From the NCBI GenBank assembly GCA_965248535.1, contig CBDFJR010000005.1, positions 1,440,001 through 1,504,000 on the forward strand: 64,000 bases of DNA, read 5' to 3'. Made by a program: the position numbers and the translations under genes. Positions 30,568 to 39,233 of this stretch are shown here, piece after piece. The notes under the pieces were generated by a model. That model had not been told where the DNA came from and did no database searches. It saw nothing but the letters and a program-made list of their open reading frames with translations. Within the stretch, counting starts at the first letter, position 1. Every line of letters begins with the position of its first letter. Source of the DNA: Phormidesmis sp. Lineage in GTDB: Bacteria > Cyanobacteriota > Cyanobacteriia > Leptolyngbyales > Leptolyngbyaceae.

Positions 30568-31746
30568 ATGAAAGCCATGATTCTGGCAGCCGGGAAGGGA
30601 ACGCGGATTCGTCCGATCACCTATACGATTCCCAAGCCCATGATTCCCATTCTGCAAAAGCCCGTGATGGAGTTTTTGCTTGAGTTGCTTAGGCAGCACG
30701 GCTTTGATGAAATCATGGTCAATGTGAGTCATCTAGCCTATGAGATTGAGAGCTATTTTCGCGATGGGCAACGGTTTGGTGTGCAAATCGGCTACTCTTT
30801 TGAAGGCAAGATCGTTGATGGTGAGCTAGTCGGCTCGGCGGTTGGCTCGGCGGGCGGCATGAAAAAAATCCAAGATTTCTCCCCGTTTTTTGACGACACG
30901 TTTGTGGTGCTCTGCGGCGATGCCCTGATTGACTTAGACTTGACTGCTGCGGTTAAGTGGCACCGAGAAAAAGGCTCGATCGCCACGGTGATCATGAAAA
31001 CCGTGCCTCGCAATGAGGTCTCTAGCTATGGCGTTGTGGTCACCGACGAAGATGGCAAGATCAAGGCCTTTCAAGAAAAGCCGTCGGTCGAAGAAGCCCT
31101 GAGCACCACGATCAACACGGGAATTTATATTTTTGAGCCTGAAATTCTTGACTACATTCCGTCTGGGCAAGAATATGACATCGGCAGCGAGCTTTTTCCG
31201 AAGCTAGTCGAAATGGATGCCCCATTCTACGGTTTGCCGATGGACTTTGAGTGGGTAGATATCGGCAAGGTGCCTGACTATTGGCACGCGATTCGCAGTG
31301 TTTTGAGTGGTGAAGTCAAAAACGTTGCCATTCCCGGCAAAGAAGTTGCTCCGGGCATCTACACCGGGCTAAATGTCAGCGTCAATTGGGATAAAGTCGA
31401 TATCCAGGGCCCCGTTTATATTGGCAGCATGACCTGCATTGAAGATGGAGCCAAGATCGTTGGCCCGGCCATGATTGGTCAAAATTGCTGGGTGTGCAGT
31501 GGCGCAACCGTTGATAACAGCGTGATTTTTGAATATTCTCGTCTGGGCCCTGGGGTGCGACTGGTAGACAAACTGGTGTTTGGTCGCTATTGCGTTGATA
31601 AGACCGGGGCGACGATCGATGTGCAAGCCGCTTCCCTTGATTGGCTGATCACCGATGCTCGACAAGAGCTTCCGACTCAGCTTCCGGCCGAGCATCAAGC
31701 GATCGCCGAGCTTTTGGGCACTGATCACAGAGTCGCTCATTCTTAA
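30568..31746 (+). CDS. cugP: NDP-sugar pyrophosphorylase, cyanobacterial UDP-glucose pyrophosphorylase type
   Basis: MKAMILAAGKGTRIRPITYTIPKPMIP, FQEKP, left-handed beta-helix C-terminus. Confidence 0.85.
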   Translation: MKAMILAAGKGTRIRPITYTIPKPMIPILQKPVMEFLLELLRQHGFDEIMVNVSHLAYEIESYFRDGQRFGVQIGYSFEGKIVDGELVGSAVGSAGGMKKIQDFSPFFDDTFVVLCGDALIDLDLTAAVKWHREKGSIATVIMKTVPRNEVSSYGVVVTDEDGKIKAFQEKPSVEEALSTTINTGIYIFEPEILDYIPSGQEYDIGSELFPKLVEMDAPFYGLPMDFEWVDIGKVPDYWHAIRSVLSGEVKNVAIPGKEVAPGIYTGLNVSVNWDKVDIQGPVYIGSMTCIEDGAKIVGPAMIGQNCWVCSGATVDNSVIFEYSRLGPGVRLVDKLVFGRYCVDKTGATIDVQAASLDWLITDARQELPTQLPAEHQAIAELLGTDHRVAHS

Positions 31747-31948
31747 ACCAGGTTGATCAAAAATGATCAGATCTACCCGATTGGAGGAAGTTCGCAGCAA
31801 TTTTCTCTCCTACTCTAGTAAGTGAATAGAGCACAGACTCCTTGGAGAGCGTTGGATGGGGGCATTCGGCGATCTCCAGGGACTTTTTTTGAGAAGTCTG
31901 ACCAAGACAGTCAGCCAAACTATTGAACCTAGCCAAGCTAGCTGAACC

Positions 31949-32779
31949 GTGGGCGTTGACGATGAAGGTTGCCAATTTTTGCAGAGCAGGGACACGGACT
32001 TGAATTCATCAAAACCGCCTCAGATTAGCCTCAAACAGGTCAGTTTTGCCTCAAAGGGATTCGTTAGCCAGAAGTTGGGATCACGGCCGATCGGGGCCCA
32101 CTCTTTGCTGCGCGATATCTCATTTGAGGTGTTTCAAGGGGAGCGGGTCGCGATCGTCGGCGCATCTGGGTCAGGCAAAACAACGCTGCTGCGATTGCTC
32201 AATCGCTTAAACGAACCCACTCAGGGATCGCTCTATTTAGAAGGTCAAGACTTTCGGCAAATTCCGGTGCTGCAACTGCGCCAGCAAATCACCTTAGTGC
32301 AGCAAGAATCAAAATTGTTGGGGATGACGGTGCAAGAGGCGTTGCTCTACCCCCTCAGGCTCAGAGGCATTCCCTTTGCTGTCGCCGAGCAGCAGGTGAG
32401 TGAGTGGGTTGATCGGCTGCATGTGCCTCAAGATTGGCTCGATCGCACCGAACTCCAGCTATCAGTTGGGCAACGGCAACTCGTGGCGATCGCCCGCGCT
32501 CTAGTCATTCAACCCAAAGTTTTGCTTTTAGACGAACCCACGTCGGCCCTAGATTCGGGACGCAGTGATCACGTTCTCAGCGTTCTCAAACGTCTGTCGG
32601 GGATCACGATTTTAATGGCCAATCATCAGCTAGATTTGGCGCAATCCTTCAGCGATCGGGTGCTGCATTTGCACCGAGGCGAACTGGTGCAAGACGCATT
32701 GAGCGATCGCCTAGACTGGCAGGTGTTGAGATCTACGATCGTCCAATCAGATGCTCAAGAATCGGCGGAGTGGGAGTGA
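31949..32779 (+). CDS. ABC transporter ATP-binding protein
   Basis: GASGSGKT, LSVGQRQ, LLLDEPTSALD; start uncertain. Confidence 0.9.
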   Translation: MGVDDEGCQFLQSRDTDLNSSKPPQISLKQVSFASKGFVSQKLGSRPIGAHSLLRDISFEVFQGERVAIVGASGSGKTTLLRLLNRLNEPTQGSLYLEGQDFRQIPVLQLRQQITLVQQESKLLGMTVQEALLYPLRLRGIPFAVAEQQVSEWVDRLHVPQDWLDRTELQLSVGQRQLVAIARALVIQPKVLLLDEPTSALDSGRSDHVLSVLKRLSGITILMANHQLDLAQSFSDRVLHLHRGELVQDALSDRLDWQVLRSTIVQSDAQESAEWE

Positions 32780-32780
32780 A

Positions 32781-33566
32781 TCAAAGTCTACGATCGCTCA
32801 CCACCATCCGATCGCTAGGACGACTCGCCGCCTTGCGATGATTGCCGCTAGTATAGTCAGACTGGGGCGGCAGAGGCGCACTGAGAACTTCTAAATTGAG
32901 CCGATAGCCCACATTCCGCACAGTTTGAATCAGGTTAGGCTGTCGGGGATCTAGCTCTACCTTTTTTCGCAGCGAAAGGACGTGAGTATCGACCGTGCGG
33001 GGATTATCGATCGCATCGGGCCAAGCTCGCTGCAACAGATCTTGACGGCTCAACGGTGCGCCGCCTGCCTGGGCCAACACATAGAGCAAGCTAAACTCTT
33101 GGGGGGTTAACTCGATCAACTGACCCTTAAACCGCACTCGACGATGCACCAAATCGATCTTGAGATCGCCATAGTCAAGATGAGCCGGAGGAGCCGATAG
33201 CCGAGTTCGTCGCGTTAGCGCCTCGACTCGGGCCAAAAACTCCTGCATCCCAAAGGGTTTGGTCAGATAGTCATCTGCGCCAGCCCTGAGACCCTCGACG
33301 ATATCAGACTCGGTGGTGCGCGCCGAAAGCATGAGAATCATCGCCTGCTGCTGTTGACGCAGCCAGCGGCAAAACTCAATGCCGTCTCCATGAGGCAATT
33401 CTGAATCGAGGATCACCAGGTTAGGTTGCCGGGTTGAGAAGACCTCTCTCGCTTGATGCAGGTCTGCCGACTGATGCACATGGTGTCCTGCCTGCTGTAA
33501 GTGCCACCCAAGTAGCGATCGCAGGTGCGGATTTCCTTCAATAATCTGAATGTTTACGGCTCCCAC
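32781..33566 (-). CDS. nrrA: Nitrogen-regulated OmpR-family response regulator NrrA
   Basis: EGNPHLRSLLGWHLQQ N-terminus and AWPDAIDNPRTVDTHVLSLRKKVELDPRQP; preceded by a canonical NtcA promoter. Confidence 0.88.
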   Translation of the reverse strand: MGAVNIQIIEGNPHLRSLLGWHLQQAGHHVHQSADLHQAREVFSTRQPNLVILDSELPHGDGIEFCRWLRQQQQAMILMLSARTTESDIVEGLRAGADDYLTKPFGMQEFLARVEALTRRTRLSAPPAHLDYGDLKIDLVHRRVRFKGQLIELTPQEFSLLYVLAQAGGAPLSRQDLLQRAWPDAIDNPRTVDTHVLSLRKKVELDPRQPNLIQTVRNVGYRLNLEVLSAPLPPQSDYTSGNHRKAASRPSDRMVVSDRRL

Positions 33567-33599
33567 GGGGGCTGGCTTTCCTGAGACTGCTTGACCTTA

Positions 33600-33641
33600 A
33601 GAGTATCAAAGCGATCGGGATGGGTTTGTAACGACTGCTAC
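33600..33641 (-). promoter_or_regulatory. Class II NtcA-activated promoter of nrrA
   Basis: Minus strand GTA-GCAGTCGT-TAC (33641-33628), then 22 nt, then TACTCT (33605-33600). Confidence 0.85.
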
Positions 33642-33865
33642 CCTAGATTTCTCTGGTTCTAGATAAATCAAAAACTGGGTCACGACCCCAAGCGCCGATC
33701 CTGAGCGAATGTCCAGACATATCAACACAAAGATAGGGAGGAATCTAAAAGGTTGATGTTAAGATCAGGTTATAAGTTCCGTGTAGTTAAGCTACGCCTG
33801 TGTATCAACCTGTCCACATTTGAAACGTTTCGATCAAAAGGCTGTTCACGATTTAGCGACACACT

Positions 33866-34111
33866 ATGCTTCAAGATACGCTCACCATTCGCTACTACCA
33901 ACGACTGACTGATGGCTTGGTGGGGTTGTGGAACCGGGGATACCGCTTCGATGACCTGCGCCTTTATCTCGACGGCTATTTGGCTGCTTTGAGACACACC
34001 AACTCCTTAGAGCCTTATCAGGTCAACCGTCTTGAAGAAGAAATGACTCGATTTGTCTACGACTCGTCTAATTTTGAGAATCCAGTCGAGCCGGAACGAG
34101 ACTATCGTTAA
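33866..34111 (+). CDS. Conserved cyanobacterial protein (DUF6761-like)
   Basis: MLQDTLTIRYYQRLTD...LRLYLDGYLAALR...RLEEE..RF.YD.SNF. Confidence 0.8.
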   Translation: MLQDTLTIRYYQRLTDGLVGLWNRGYRFDDLRLYLDGYLAALRHTNSLEPYQVNRLEEEMTRFVYDSSNFENPVEPERDYR

Positions 34112-34216
34112 AGGGTTAGAGGGTGCGTCGCAGACGTGCCCTTTTTGCGTTTATAGCCCTCAAAAAGGGGCAGCAGATTTTTTCTGTTACCCCCACTTAT
34201 TCAACTATGGCTAACC

Positions 34217-34540
34217 TTAGGAAGCCATGGCAACTTCGACCATTTGCTGAAGTTCGCCTTTTTGATATAGCTCGATCAGAATGTCGGAGCCTCCTAGAAA
34301 CTCACCATTGATATAGACCTGGGGAATGGTGGGCCAGTTTGAATATTCTTTGATGCCCTGACGGACTTCGGGATCTGCCAAAACGTCGATCGTTTCATAG
34401 GGCACCCCCAACGTGTTGAGAATCTGCACCACGTTGTTTGAAAACCCACACTGGGGCATGAGTTTATTGCCCTTCATGAAGACCATGATCTTGTTGTCTT
34501 TGATGAGAGTGTTGATACGATCGTGGGTTGCTTCTGTCAT
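34217..34540 (-). CDS. grxD: Monothiol glutaredoxin Grx4
   Basis: [19 protein letters not shown]. Confidence 0.96.
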   Translation of the reverse strand: MTEATHDRINTLIKDNKIMVFMKGNKLMPQCGFSNNVVQILNTLGVPYETIDVLADPEVRQGIKEYSNWPTIPQVYINGEFLGGSDILIELYQKGELQQMVEVAMAS

Positions 34541-34583
34541 GATTTGCTCTCTGAGAATTGTGAACAAGTAAACAACTAAATAG

Positions 34584-34835
34584 CTATTGGGCGGTGGCCC
34601 ATTCTTCAGGCGTGTAAGTGTTGAGCGCTAGGGCATGGATGGCTTCTGATGCCATTGCCTGCTGCACAGCACCATAGACCAGTTGATGCTGTTGCACTCG
34701 CCGCTTTCCTGCAAACAGCGATGAGACGACCGTCACCTGGTAGTGATCTCCGCCCCCTGTCAGGTCTTGAACCTGCACCTGAGCATCAGGCAATCCAGCT
34801 TTGATCAATCCTTCAACCTGATCTGGGCTAATCAT
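34584..34835 (-). CDS. bolA: BolA family protein
   Basis: [20 protein letters not shown]; adjacent to grxD. Confidence 0.93.
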   Translation of the reverse strand: MISPDQVEGLIKAGLPDAQVQVQDLTGGGDHYQVTVVSSLFAGKRRVQQHQLVYGAVQQAMASEAIHALALNTYTPEEWATAQ

Positions 34836-34910
34836 CCATTCTCCTGGGGCTATTACAAACTCTTTTCTTTAGTCTAACCGTTGACCGCGCATCATTTTGT
34901 GAAAGAAAGG

Positions 34911-35822
34911 CTAGGAATTTGCCTGGGCAGCCTGCACCGATCGCTGGGCAAAGTCTCTAATTATCTGCAAATTTTCGGGTTTGTCAAACGCGGCTTCTCG
35001 ATGATTGTGCCCCGCGTGGGGGATCAGCAGCAGTTGTTTGGGCTGAGGGGCAGCTTCATAAAGCGCTTTGCCGATCGCGACCGGAATCAACTCATCATCC
35101 ACGCCGTGAATAAACAGAGACGGCATTTTGAGCGATCGGACTTTTTTCACCGAGTCGAATTTTTGGGTCAGAATCCATTCGATGGGAAACAGTCGAAATT
35201 TCCAATCTTGCGCGGCCACCTGCTGAATCGAGGTGAAGGAACTCGACACGATCACCCCGGCGATTTTTGGATTTTGACTAGCGAGATTGATGGCGATCGC
35301 GCCCCCTAATGAGTGCCCATACGCAACTATTTTTTGAGGTGAAATCCGCCGTTCTTTGACCAGATAATCCAACGCGGTTTGAGCATCTTGATAGACAGCC
35401 GCCTCTGATGGAAAACTGCCCTGACTGCGACCATAGCCCCGATAATCGATCATCAAAATTGAAAACCCCAAGTCATAAAAGCGCCGAGCTTTGACCTCAA
35501 CGCTGATATTGCCGCCGTTGCCGTGCAGATAAAGCATCGTCGCTAAAGGGCGAACACCTCCGGTGCAGGGAACCTGTGCGTGGGAAATCCACCAGCCATG
35601 AATGTGTTCTATTTTGCCCGCTTGAGTTGAGACAGGCAACCAAACCTCTTGACGAGGCAGATTGAGGGCATCCAAGTCTTTATAGTCATGGGCATCGGGC
35701 ACAAAGAGCAGGCGACTTTGGGCAAAAAATAGGATGAGGCAGATCGTGAGATAAGCGATCGCTAAAAACTTCCCCAGGTTCGCCAACAACCGCCGCCCTC
35801 TCGGTAAAATTCTCACCGTCAT
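34911..35822 (-). CDS. Alpha/beta hydrolase (ABHD13/17-like)
   Basis: LHGNGGN, DYRGYGRS, GHSLGG, IHGVDD, AGHN. Confidence 0.9.
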   Translation of the reverse strand: MTVRILPRGRRLLANLGKFLAIAYLTICLILFFAQSRLLFVPDAHDYKDLDALNLPRQEVWLPVSTQAGKIEHIHGWWISHAQVPCTGGVRPLATMLYLHGNGGNISVEVKARRFYDLGFSILMIDYRGYGRSQGSFPSEAAVYQDAQTALDYLVKERRISPQKIVAYGHSLGGAIAINLASQNPKIAGVIVSSSFTSIQQVAAQDWKFRLFPIEWILTQKFDSVKKVRSLKMPSLFIHGVDDELIPVAIGKALYEAAPQPKQLLLIPHAGHNHREAAFDKPENLQIIRDFAQRSVQAAQANS

Positions 35823-35828
35823 GATGCC

Positions 35829-37512
35829 CTAACGAAGTCGCTTTTGCCAGTCGGCGATTGCTTTTTGCGCCTCGGCATAGGCTTGAGGACGCTCTTTGGG
35901 CACTAGTTGAGCCGCCGCGATCGCTTGCTTATAGGATCGGTCTGCTGCCCGTCTCTTAGCAATGTCTAAAATGTCGCGGCTCCAGCGCTCAATATCGATT
36001 TGAGCTTGAGCATAGAGCGGATCGGTCTCAGGCACTTGGCTAGCCCGCTCGATCGCCCTATTAGCATCAGAGGCCGAAATCGGTTTAATCAATCCTCTCG
36101 CTTCGTTGAGAATCGCCTGACTGTCTCTGACCGGAGATAGACTCGCTGTAACAGCCGGAGACGGACTTGCGGACGCGACAGGCGAAGGACTCACGGCCGC
36201 GATCGGAGAGGGCTTATTCAGCAGGTAGCTTGGTTGAGTTGGGCACGATCGCTACACTGGGTTTGGGAGAAGTTGGCGCTTCGACTAGGGGCACGATCGG
36301 CTGAGAACTCGTTGCCGATTTTTGCCCCCAAAACGTTGACCAATTGCGAATAAACACTCCCGCCAACAGCAGCAAGAGAATGGCACTGCCGCCAAACAGC
36401 AGCCGCTCCCAAAACATCTGATCCTGTGCCTGGGTCTCTTCAGGAGCACTCGGAGTCACCCCAGGCTTTGGAACCTGCGGAACGGTAGAGATAGGAGCAA
36501 CCTCATCGCTTAACGCTTCTTGACGAGATTCAACAGGCATGGTTTTCTCAAGCTCTGGCTCAAGCGGGGCAGTTTGAGAATAATCAGCAGGCAACTCATA
36601 GGGGTTGGGCAACCCGTCTGAAGTCGGGGCAACGTTGAGGTTTGAGTCAAACAAATCCTCTTTGATCAAAAATGGATTTGCCTCACCGGGATCTGCCTCA
36701 GTCAGAGCCATCTCACTCGGAGTCGTTTCACTCGGAGTCACCCAAGAATCTGCCTCCGTCCAATTAACGGGAGTAATCACTAAATTCAGTTGATCCAGTG
36801 ACGCGAGGGCGATCACCGGGTCTTGAATCGGGCGATCGTTGTGCTCACACAATTCTGGCAGACGGCTGTTGAGAAACTCTTCTAAATTTGCCAGCGTCGA
36901 GCATTGGTGAGCGCGCAACCCTTCTAACAGCGTGGCGGTAAACAAGCCGTGACCTAGCTCTAGCGCCTCATGAGAAAACTGGTCAGGTTTGCTGGCTATC
37001 ACCGTCGCGATGCGAGTTGCGCGGGCAAGATCTGCGATCTCAAGCCCCACCTTCTCACCCGAAAAAGCGGCTTGGCTGTGGTTAATATCCATCAACACCA
37101 AAATGTCTTGAGTCGGCAAGGTTTTGAGGCTGTCAAACAGAGATCGCACCGGAACGCCCATATTGGCGATGTCTGACGGGTCAGCCTCGATCGGCAGCAA
37201 ATAATCCTGTCCTTTCCAACAGACCCCATAGCCGCTAAAAAACACCCACACCAGATCGCCCGGCTGAATTAATTCTCTACCAAAATAATTGAGCCAGCCC
37301 TGAAGATTGCCGCGACTGGGGTAGGTCGATCGCCCCGTCACTGAGGGAGATGTGTCTGTAAAGAGAATGCAGCGATTGGGCAAAAATCCGGCTTCACTCA
37401 CCAAACATTCACACAGCGCCTGGGCATCTTGTTGTGCAAATTTTAGGGGCTGAAGAAATTGATAGTGATTGATTCCAACGGCGATCGCCCAATGGTTGGC
37501 CATTTCAGACAC
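35829..37512 (-). pseudogene. Peptidase C14 pseudo-orthocaspase with TM and C-terminal helical domain, split by a 1-bp frameshift near 36214-36219
   Basis: WAIAVGINHY, FFSGYG, MDINHS, GHGLFT. GCTGAATAAGCCC minus one base reads on into KPSPIAAVSPSP of ORF 35829-36194. Confidence 0.75.
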
Positions 37513-37724
37513 CTCACATGAGTTAGCAAAGACAGATAGCAGGGAGTTAATCGAGGCTGATCAGGTCAGACAGTTGGGCTTGCCTCTCGATCAAGAGTGA
37601 TCCGAAGGGCATAACTGCTGACATGATAGAAAAATGAATTCACTGGAAATATTAAAGACCAGATTGTTGATTCTGAAGTAGAAACTGTTGCCGAGACTAA
37701 ACTCACATCACCCAGGAGTTAAAG

Positions 37725-38228
37725 ATGGTTGCCGATCGCTCTTGCCAAAAGCCCCGTCGATTTGTTAGACCAAGACCCACGGCGATCGGGGTCGCTGTTT
37801 GGCTGGGGGTGACGGGCGTGATGTGTTCTGTTGCAGGCACGATCGCGCCGCGAGTCGTTCAAGCTTACACGACTAGGGTTGATGTGTCCCTCGATCGCTT
37901 GCCTGACGAAAGCTATGATGCACTGATTCGCAGAGCCGATATTGTTGCTAGGGCGGCGGCGCAGCGTGGCTTCGATCGAGACATTCTCACCAGCGAGGTC
38001 TCGGTGATTGTGATCGGGCGCAATCAAGGCGCAGAAACTCCCATTTTGACTCTAGATGTCAGTCGAGTGCAGTGGAGCGGCCGCCCAGATACGAGACGTT
38101 GGGCAACTTATTACAAAACGTCGGCGGTGCTGTTGGGGTTTGAGAAACTGTCTCCGCCTCCTATAGCGGTGACTGCTCCCACTCCGGTTGTGGCACCGAC
38201 TCCTGGCACCAACGCACCCAAGCGGTAG
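37725..38228 (+). CDS. Conserved cyanobacterial secreted hypothetical protein
   Basis: Signal-like segment, then AYTTRVDVSL...ARAAAQRGFDRDIL...RRWATYY. Confidence 0.75.
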   Translation: MVADRSCQKPRRFVRPRPTAIGVAVWLGVTGVMCSVAGTIAPRVVQAYTTRVDVSLDRLPDESYDALIRRADIVARAAAQRGFDRDILTSEVSVIVIGRNQGAETPILTLDVSRVQWSGRPDTRRWATYYKTSAVLLGFEKLSPPPIAVTAPTPVVAPTPGTNAPKR

Positions 38229-38450
38229 GCTAGGACTCCGATAGAGCAACACGAGGCTGCTCTTAAAGACCCGCAGTGGAATGTGCTGGGTGGGTTTGGG
38301 CGCGAGGTGAAGACAATCTCCGATCGCTAGACTGCGTTCATGCAGTTTTCTAATTGCCAACCTGCTCAATATGATGTCAACACGCAAGCATGAATGACAT
38401 CAGAGAGTCGAGACTCAATGGGATCAAGATGCTCTCCATAATCGATCTAC

Positions 38451-38693
38451 CCGATCGCAGGTCACATTCCCGGAGCGGTTAACTATCCCTGGCAAGACGC
38501 GACTGACGCAAATGGGTTGATTCGTTCGGCGCGAGAACAGCGCGATCGCTGGGCATCCTTGTAATCTGCGGATGAGATTGTGGTCTATTGTGGGTCAGGG
38601 GTCACGGCTTGCGTCAATCTGTTGTCTTTAGCGATCGCAGACATTGACACCGGAAAGCTCTATGCAGGTAGCTGGAGTGATTGGTGTTCTTAT
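38451..38693 (+). pseudogene. C-terminal fragment of a rhodanese/3-mercaptopyruvate sulfurtransferase (SseA-like)
   Basis: PIAGHIPGAVNYPW...RWASL*SADEIVVYCGSGVTAC...LYAGSWSDWCSY; in-frame TAA at 38562-38564; 5' half not found. Confidence 0.85.
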
Positions 38694-39213
38694 AGAAACG
38701 GGAGAGCCTGAGAACCCGCAAAACCCATCGTGCTTCAGCCGTGGGATGTAGCGAGGGTTCTCGCGCCTGCGGCAGCAGGCAGAGTCCAGCAATCTTCATG
38801 AAATCGCACTCCGATTTGTGATAATTTTGTACTTGTGGAAAGGTAATCAACCACTTTAAAAACCTTGCTGTCGAGAGACACGCTGAACCTTGAAAATTGA
38901 ATCTATGCGGTTCTACTGCATTTTTCTAGACTCCCCCTCGCAGTAGGTAAAAGATTTAGAGGAGCTAGACAAACAGCATTTTGAGGCCTATCTGCTTCAA
39001 ACTTAAACAGGACTTGCGGCGCTCAGTGCTGAAGACGGGTTTCCCGTCGCAGGCAACTGAGTAAGAGAAAAGCAAATAGGGTAGGGCATACCCGAATTAA
39101 CGCTTGGGGAGAATCCCACCTCTGGTCTAGATGACGCAAGGACTCTAGGTTAAGTGGTTTCATTGAACCAAGAATCCCACGGCTCCGCAAAGCTAAAGCC
39201 GTGGGAGTGTCAA
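38694..39213 (+). mobile_element. Non-autonomous IS200/IS605-family element (no tnpA/tnpB ORF)
   Basis: Preceded by TTAT; left hairpin 38724-38745 with 5' AAAA; right hairpin 39175-39206 with 5' GAAT; ends TCAA; no target duplication; removal restores both flanking gene ends. Confidence 0.85.
38885..38896 (+). promoter_or_regulatory. boxA-like antitermination motif
   Basis: GAACCTTGAAAA, the same as the boxA of cyanobacterial rRNA spacers; an extended -10-like TGTGATAAT lies at 38817-38825. Confidence 0.5.
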
Positions 39214-39233
39214 CTTTGACTAACCAACCGCAG
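39077..39233 (+). ncRNA. Putative TnpB omega-RNA scaffold plus flanking guide
   Basis: GGGTAGGGCATACCCGAATTAACGCTTGGGGAGA...TTGAACCAAGAATCCC...GGGAGTGTCAA resembles cyanobacterial tnpB 3' ends; the guide would be the ~20 nt after TCAA. Confidence 0.6.

Noticed and set aside
38614..38850. 78-aa minus-strand ORF as a transposase remnant
   Set aside because: It spans the element boundary and has no HUH or RuvC motifs.
38850..39075. Cas12k tracrRNA or group I intron inside the element
   Set aside because: No cas12k, CRISPR repeat or recognisable tracr or intron core motifs; only the boxA-like motif is shared.
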